Source: Amphiscolops sp. MND2022 (lineage: Eukaryota). Taken from it: 64,000 nt of DNA. The DNA lies in contig OZ076418.1 of assembly GCA_964187785.1 (NCBI GenBank), positions 61,070,001 to 61,134,000 of the forward strand, written 5' to 3'. Made by a program: the position numbers and the translations under genes. Shown here piece after piece: positions 62,801 through 64,000 of this stretch. Under the pieces are notes generated by a model. The model saw nothing but the letters and a program-made list of their open reading frames with translations. It searched no databases and was not told the DNA's origin. Numbering within the stretch: position 1 is the first letter of the stretch; the number at the start of each line of letters is the position of its first letter.

Positions 62801-64000
62801 ATGCAAGAAGTCTGGAAATGCGGAACCGACTGGGATGCTATCCTTTCTTCTGACATTTCGGAATTTTATTGCAAATGGAGATCAAAATTGAAATTTTCGA
62901 ACGAAATTGCGATTGATCGATTCGCTCTTTGCAACGAGCAAAATGATGAGATTAATCTACACCTCTTTTGCGACGCCTCGGAAAAGGGCTATGCAGCCTG
63001 TGTTTACATTGTCTCTTGTGACACAGAAGGTAACATGAAAGCCACTCTACTGACTGGCAAATCAAAGGTGTCCCCGTTAAAAACTCAAACTATTCCTCGA
63101 CTCGAATTGTGCGCTGCCTTATTAGGGGTGAATCTCTTGGACGCTGTAGTCAAAAGTCTTTCCAAGCTGAAAATGGAAATTCAGTCAAAAAATGCGTGGA
63201 CAGATTCCACAATTGTGTTGTCTTGGCTTTTGAAGGAGCCTAGTCAATGGTCAACCTTCGTGGCGAATAGAATTTCCAAAATTCATGAGTATCCGGATGT
63301 TACTTGGCGACATGTGCCAAGTGAAGATAACGCGGCGGATGCTGCATCCAGGGGAATCGATCCTCACACGCTGAAAGAACATTCGCTTTGGTGGTCTGGT
63401 CCCCAGTGGTTGGTCACTAACAAGTTTCCAGAACAGCCTCCATTTTGTGAGACAAAAGAAGAACTAAAGCGAGATCATAAAGTGAAGCCAAACAACTCTG
63501 ATCAAGTTGTGCTGACTGTTACAGAGGCAAAGAGTACGGAAGTAATCTTCGACTTGACGAAAGAAAATTCCTTCGAGAAAGCACTGCGAATTGTTTCAAC
63601 TGTTAAGCGCGCATTTTCACGGCTTAAAAGAGAAGGGAAAAATTTTCCGGAATACATAACATTTGATGAAAGGACTGAAGCGCTTTGCATCCTACTACGA
63701 CAGGAACAAGGCTTGTTCTACAAGAATGAGATATCGACCTTGAAGACTAAAAACCAAGTCGATAAATCCAGTAAAATGTTGAAGCTTTACCCATTTCTTC
63801 ATGAAGATGTTTTGTGTGTGGGTGGACGTCTTGTGCATGCGAACTTGCCTGACGAGGCGAAGTACCAAAGAATCATTCCTCCTGAGAGTCAACTTGCTCG
63901 ATTGATAATTGCTAATGCCCATGAGAAAACTTTGCATGGTGGCACCAACCAAGTTCTGGCACAAATCCGAACACGTTTTTGGATCCCAGCCAGTCGTGCT
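59834..64000 (+). CDS. BEL/Pao gag-pol polyprotein (open to the window edge, 1389 codons)
   Basis: LPKLNLPTFSG...KLNYL (DUF1759-type gag), three Cys-His knuckles, LDSGSQASF protease, YLPHH/KLRVVFDASA and YVDD RT, FCDASEKGY/TIPRLEL RNase H, start of integrase LHGG...RFWI. Absence from the ORF track is consistent with no stop before the edge. Confidence 0.95.
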   Translation, partial: MDNEPAVEKLDLKQKIKVRGGHKGAFTRLESRLDTLVNIGISNEDQLCEAEAVLSNMKTKALDIHRWNLEIQLETEDDAKFDAEVDNATEFDIRSGIAIARLTALIENYKKRLEMSDSTPLRRSSSPRSAGSKLRLPKLNLPTFSGSYTEWMSFFDLFRAAVDSNTQLTDSEKLNYLRACLKGDAAKLICSVSITDANYAIAMGLLTDRYANKRSIVQAHLQSIWSQPSMKVESASGLRKLLEVTNEHLRSLNELGQPTDQWDSLLVFWLSEKMDPESRKQWQLAHPGTELLTWNQLAEFLNTRSRALESSNSKPIPQQANNQNARERHSHVYTASVSCVDGCNEEHKLHECLKFKTLSVPERFRIVKAKRGCYNCLQIGHNVSKCPSKFTCRECRQRHHTMLHRPSQTKTTCVEVENTSQETQATSIVETVSNNQCAAVSPKKTVLLSTAYVTIKDADGTPVTLRAMLDSGSQASFINESRANAMKSKIHGNTISITPFGSSSSQKSKGVLSTVLNEAVHVDLHIVPKISNLVPPQKVKVPTLESLKNLKLADPHFNSPGRIDILLGADVLEDVMKEGKLKENGLHIRNSIFGWIISGPVQQGNEITKGDIVHVNKVDITQFWELENVPEKKMLTKSESECVEHFNRTTKRKDDGRFVVEMPLKSDGPTLGSSKAIAMRRFLNLEKKLNSDLSLKERYAAFIQEFLDLGHLERVPDDQLDNPRNFYLPHHCVTKEESSTTKLRVVFDASAKTSTGFSLNDCLLVGPKCQDDLFNILIRFRIFKIAMSADVAKMYRQVELSLEDRDLHRILWRKNPNEPILTYRMTRVTYGVASSSFHAIRSLLDCAKSPKTPEIVKDAIERDFYVDDILTGAENLEEAKNLQTGLIDTLKQGQFDLRKWTCSDARLTQGLPPEYREASEDFQFLNENHIIKTLGIVWSPIKDKFTFTVKHLKLDLTERLSKRRILSDIAKVFDPLGWLSPVTLQLKQLMQEVWKCGTDWDAILSSDISEFYCKWRSKLKFSNEIAIDRFALCNEQNDEINLHLFCDASEKGYAACVYIVSCDTEGNMKATLLTGKSKVSPLKTQTIPRLELCAALLGVNLLDAVVKSLSKLKMEIQSKNAWTDSTIVLSWLLKEPSQWSTFVANRISKIHEYPDVTWRHVPSEDNAADAASRGIDPHTLKEHSLWWSGPQWLVTNKFPEQPPFCETKEELKRDHKVKPNNSDQVVLTVTEAKSTEVIFDLTKENSFEKALRIVSTVKRAFSRLKREGKNFPEYITFDERTEALCILLRQEQGLFYKNEISTLKTKNQVDKSSKMLKLYPFLHEDVLCVGGRLVHANLPDEAKYQRIIPPESQLARLIIANAHEKTLHGGTNQVLAQIRTRFWIPASRA

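Overview
AT-rich, repeat-dense eukaryotic (invertebrate animal) genomic DNA. The repeat style reminds me of acoel worms such as Symsagittifera, but that is unverified. There is no prokaryotic operon, CRISPR array or rRNA. I could splice two multi-exon host genes on the minus strand by hand. (1) A secreted protein at 18059->802 that runs off the left edge: signal peptide, ShK-like domain with a 34-aa insertion, coiled coil, divergent TSP1 repeat. (2) An M14B (CPE/CPD-type) metallocarboxypeptidase with six exons at 45763->34765. Its 5' exon(s) were not found, and one intron reads GG-AG between 7-bp direct repeats. The rest is mostly transposon debris: a decayed Gypsy with both LTRs (24.7-29.9 kb), other Gypsy 5' ends, a solo LTR, piggyBac, CR1/L2-type and CRE-type LINE fragments, tRNA/CORE-like SINEs, many DINE-1/HINE-like elements and MITEs. 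Two accessory regions stand out. One is a decayed Pif1-helicase/GIY-YIG fragment followed by two small intron-containing ORFs, one of them JmjC-like (48.5-51.7 kb). The other is a BEL/Pao LTR retrotransposon (from about 58.4 kb to the window end) whose gag-pol appears uninterrupted and which carries an extra 202-aa SGNH-hydrolase-like ORF between its PBS and gag. Repeat boundaries are approximate; exon boundaries were read from splice sites.
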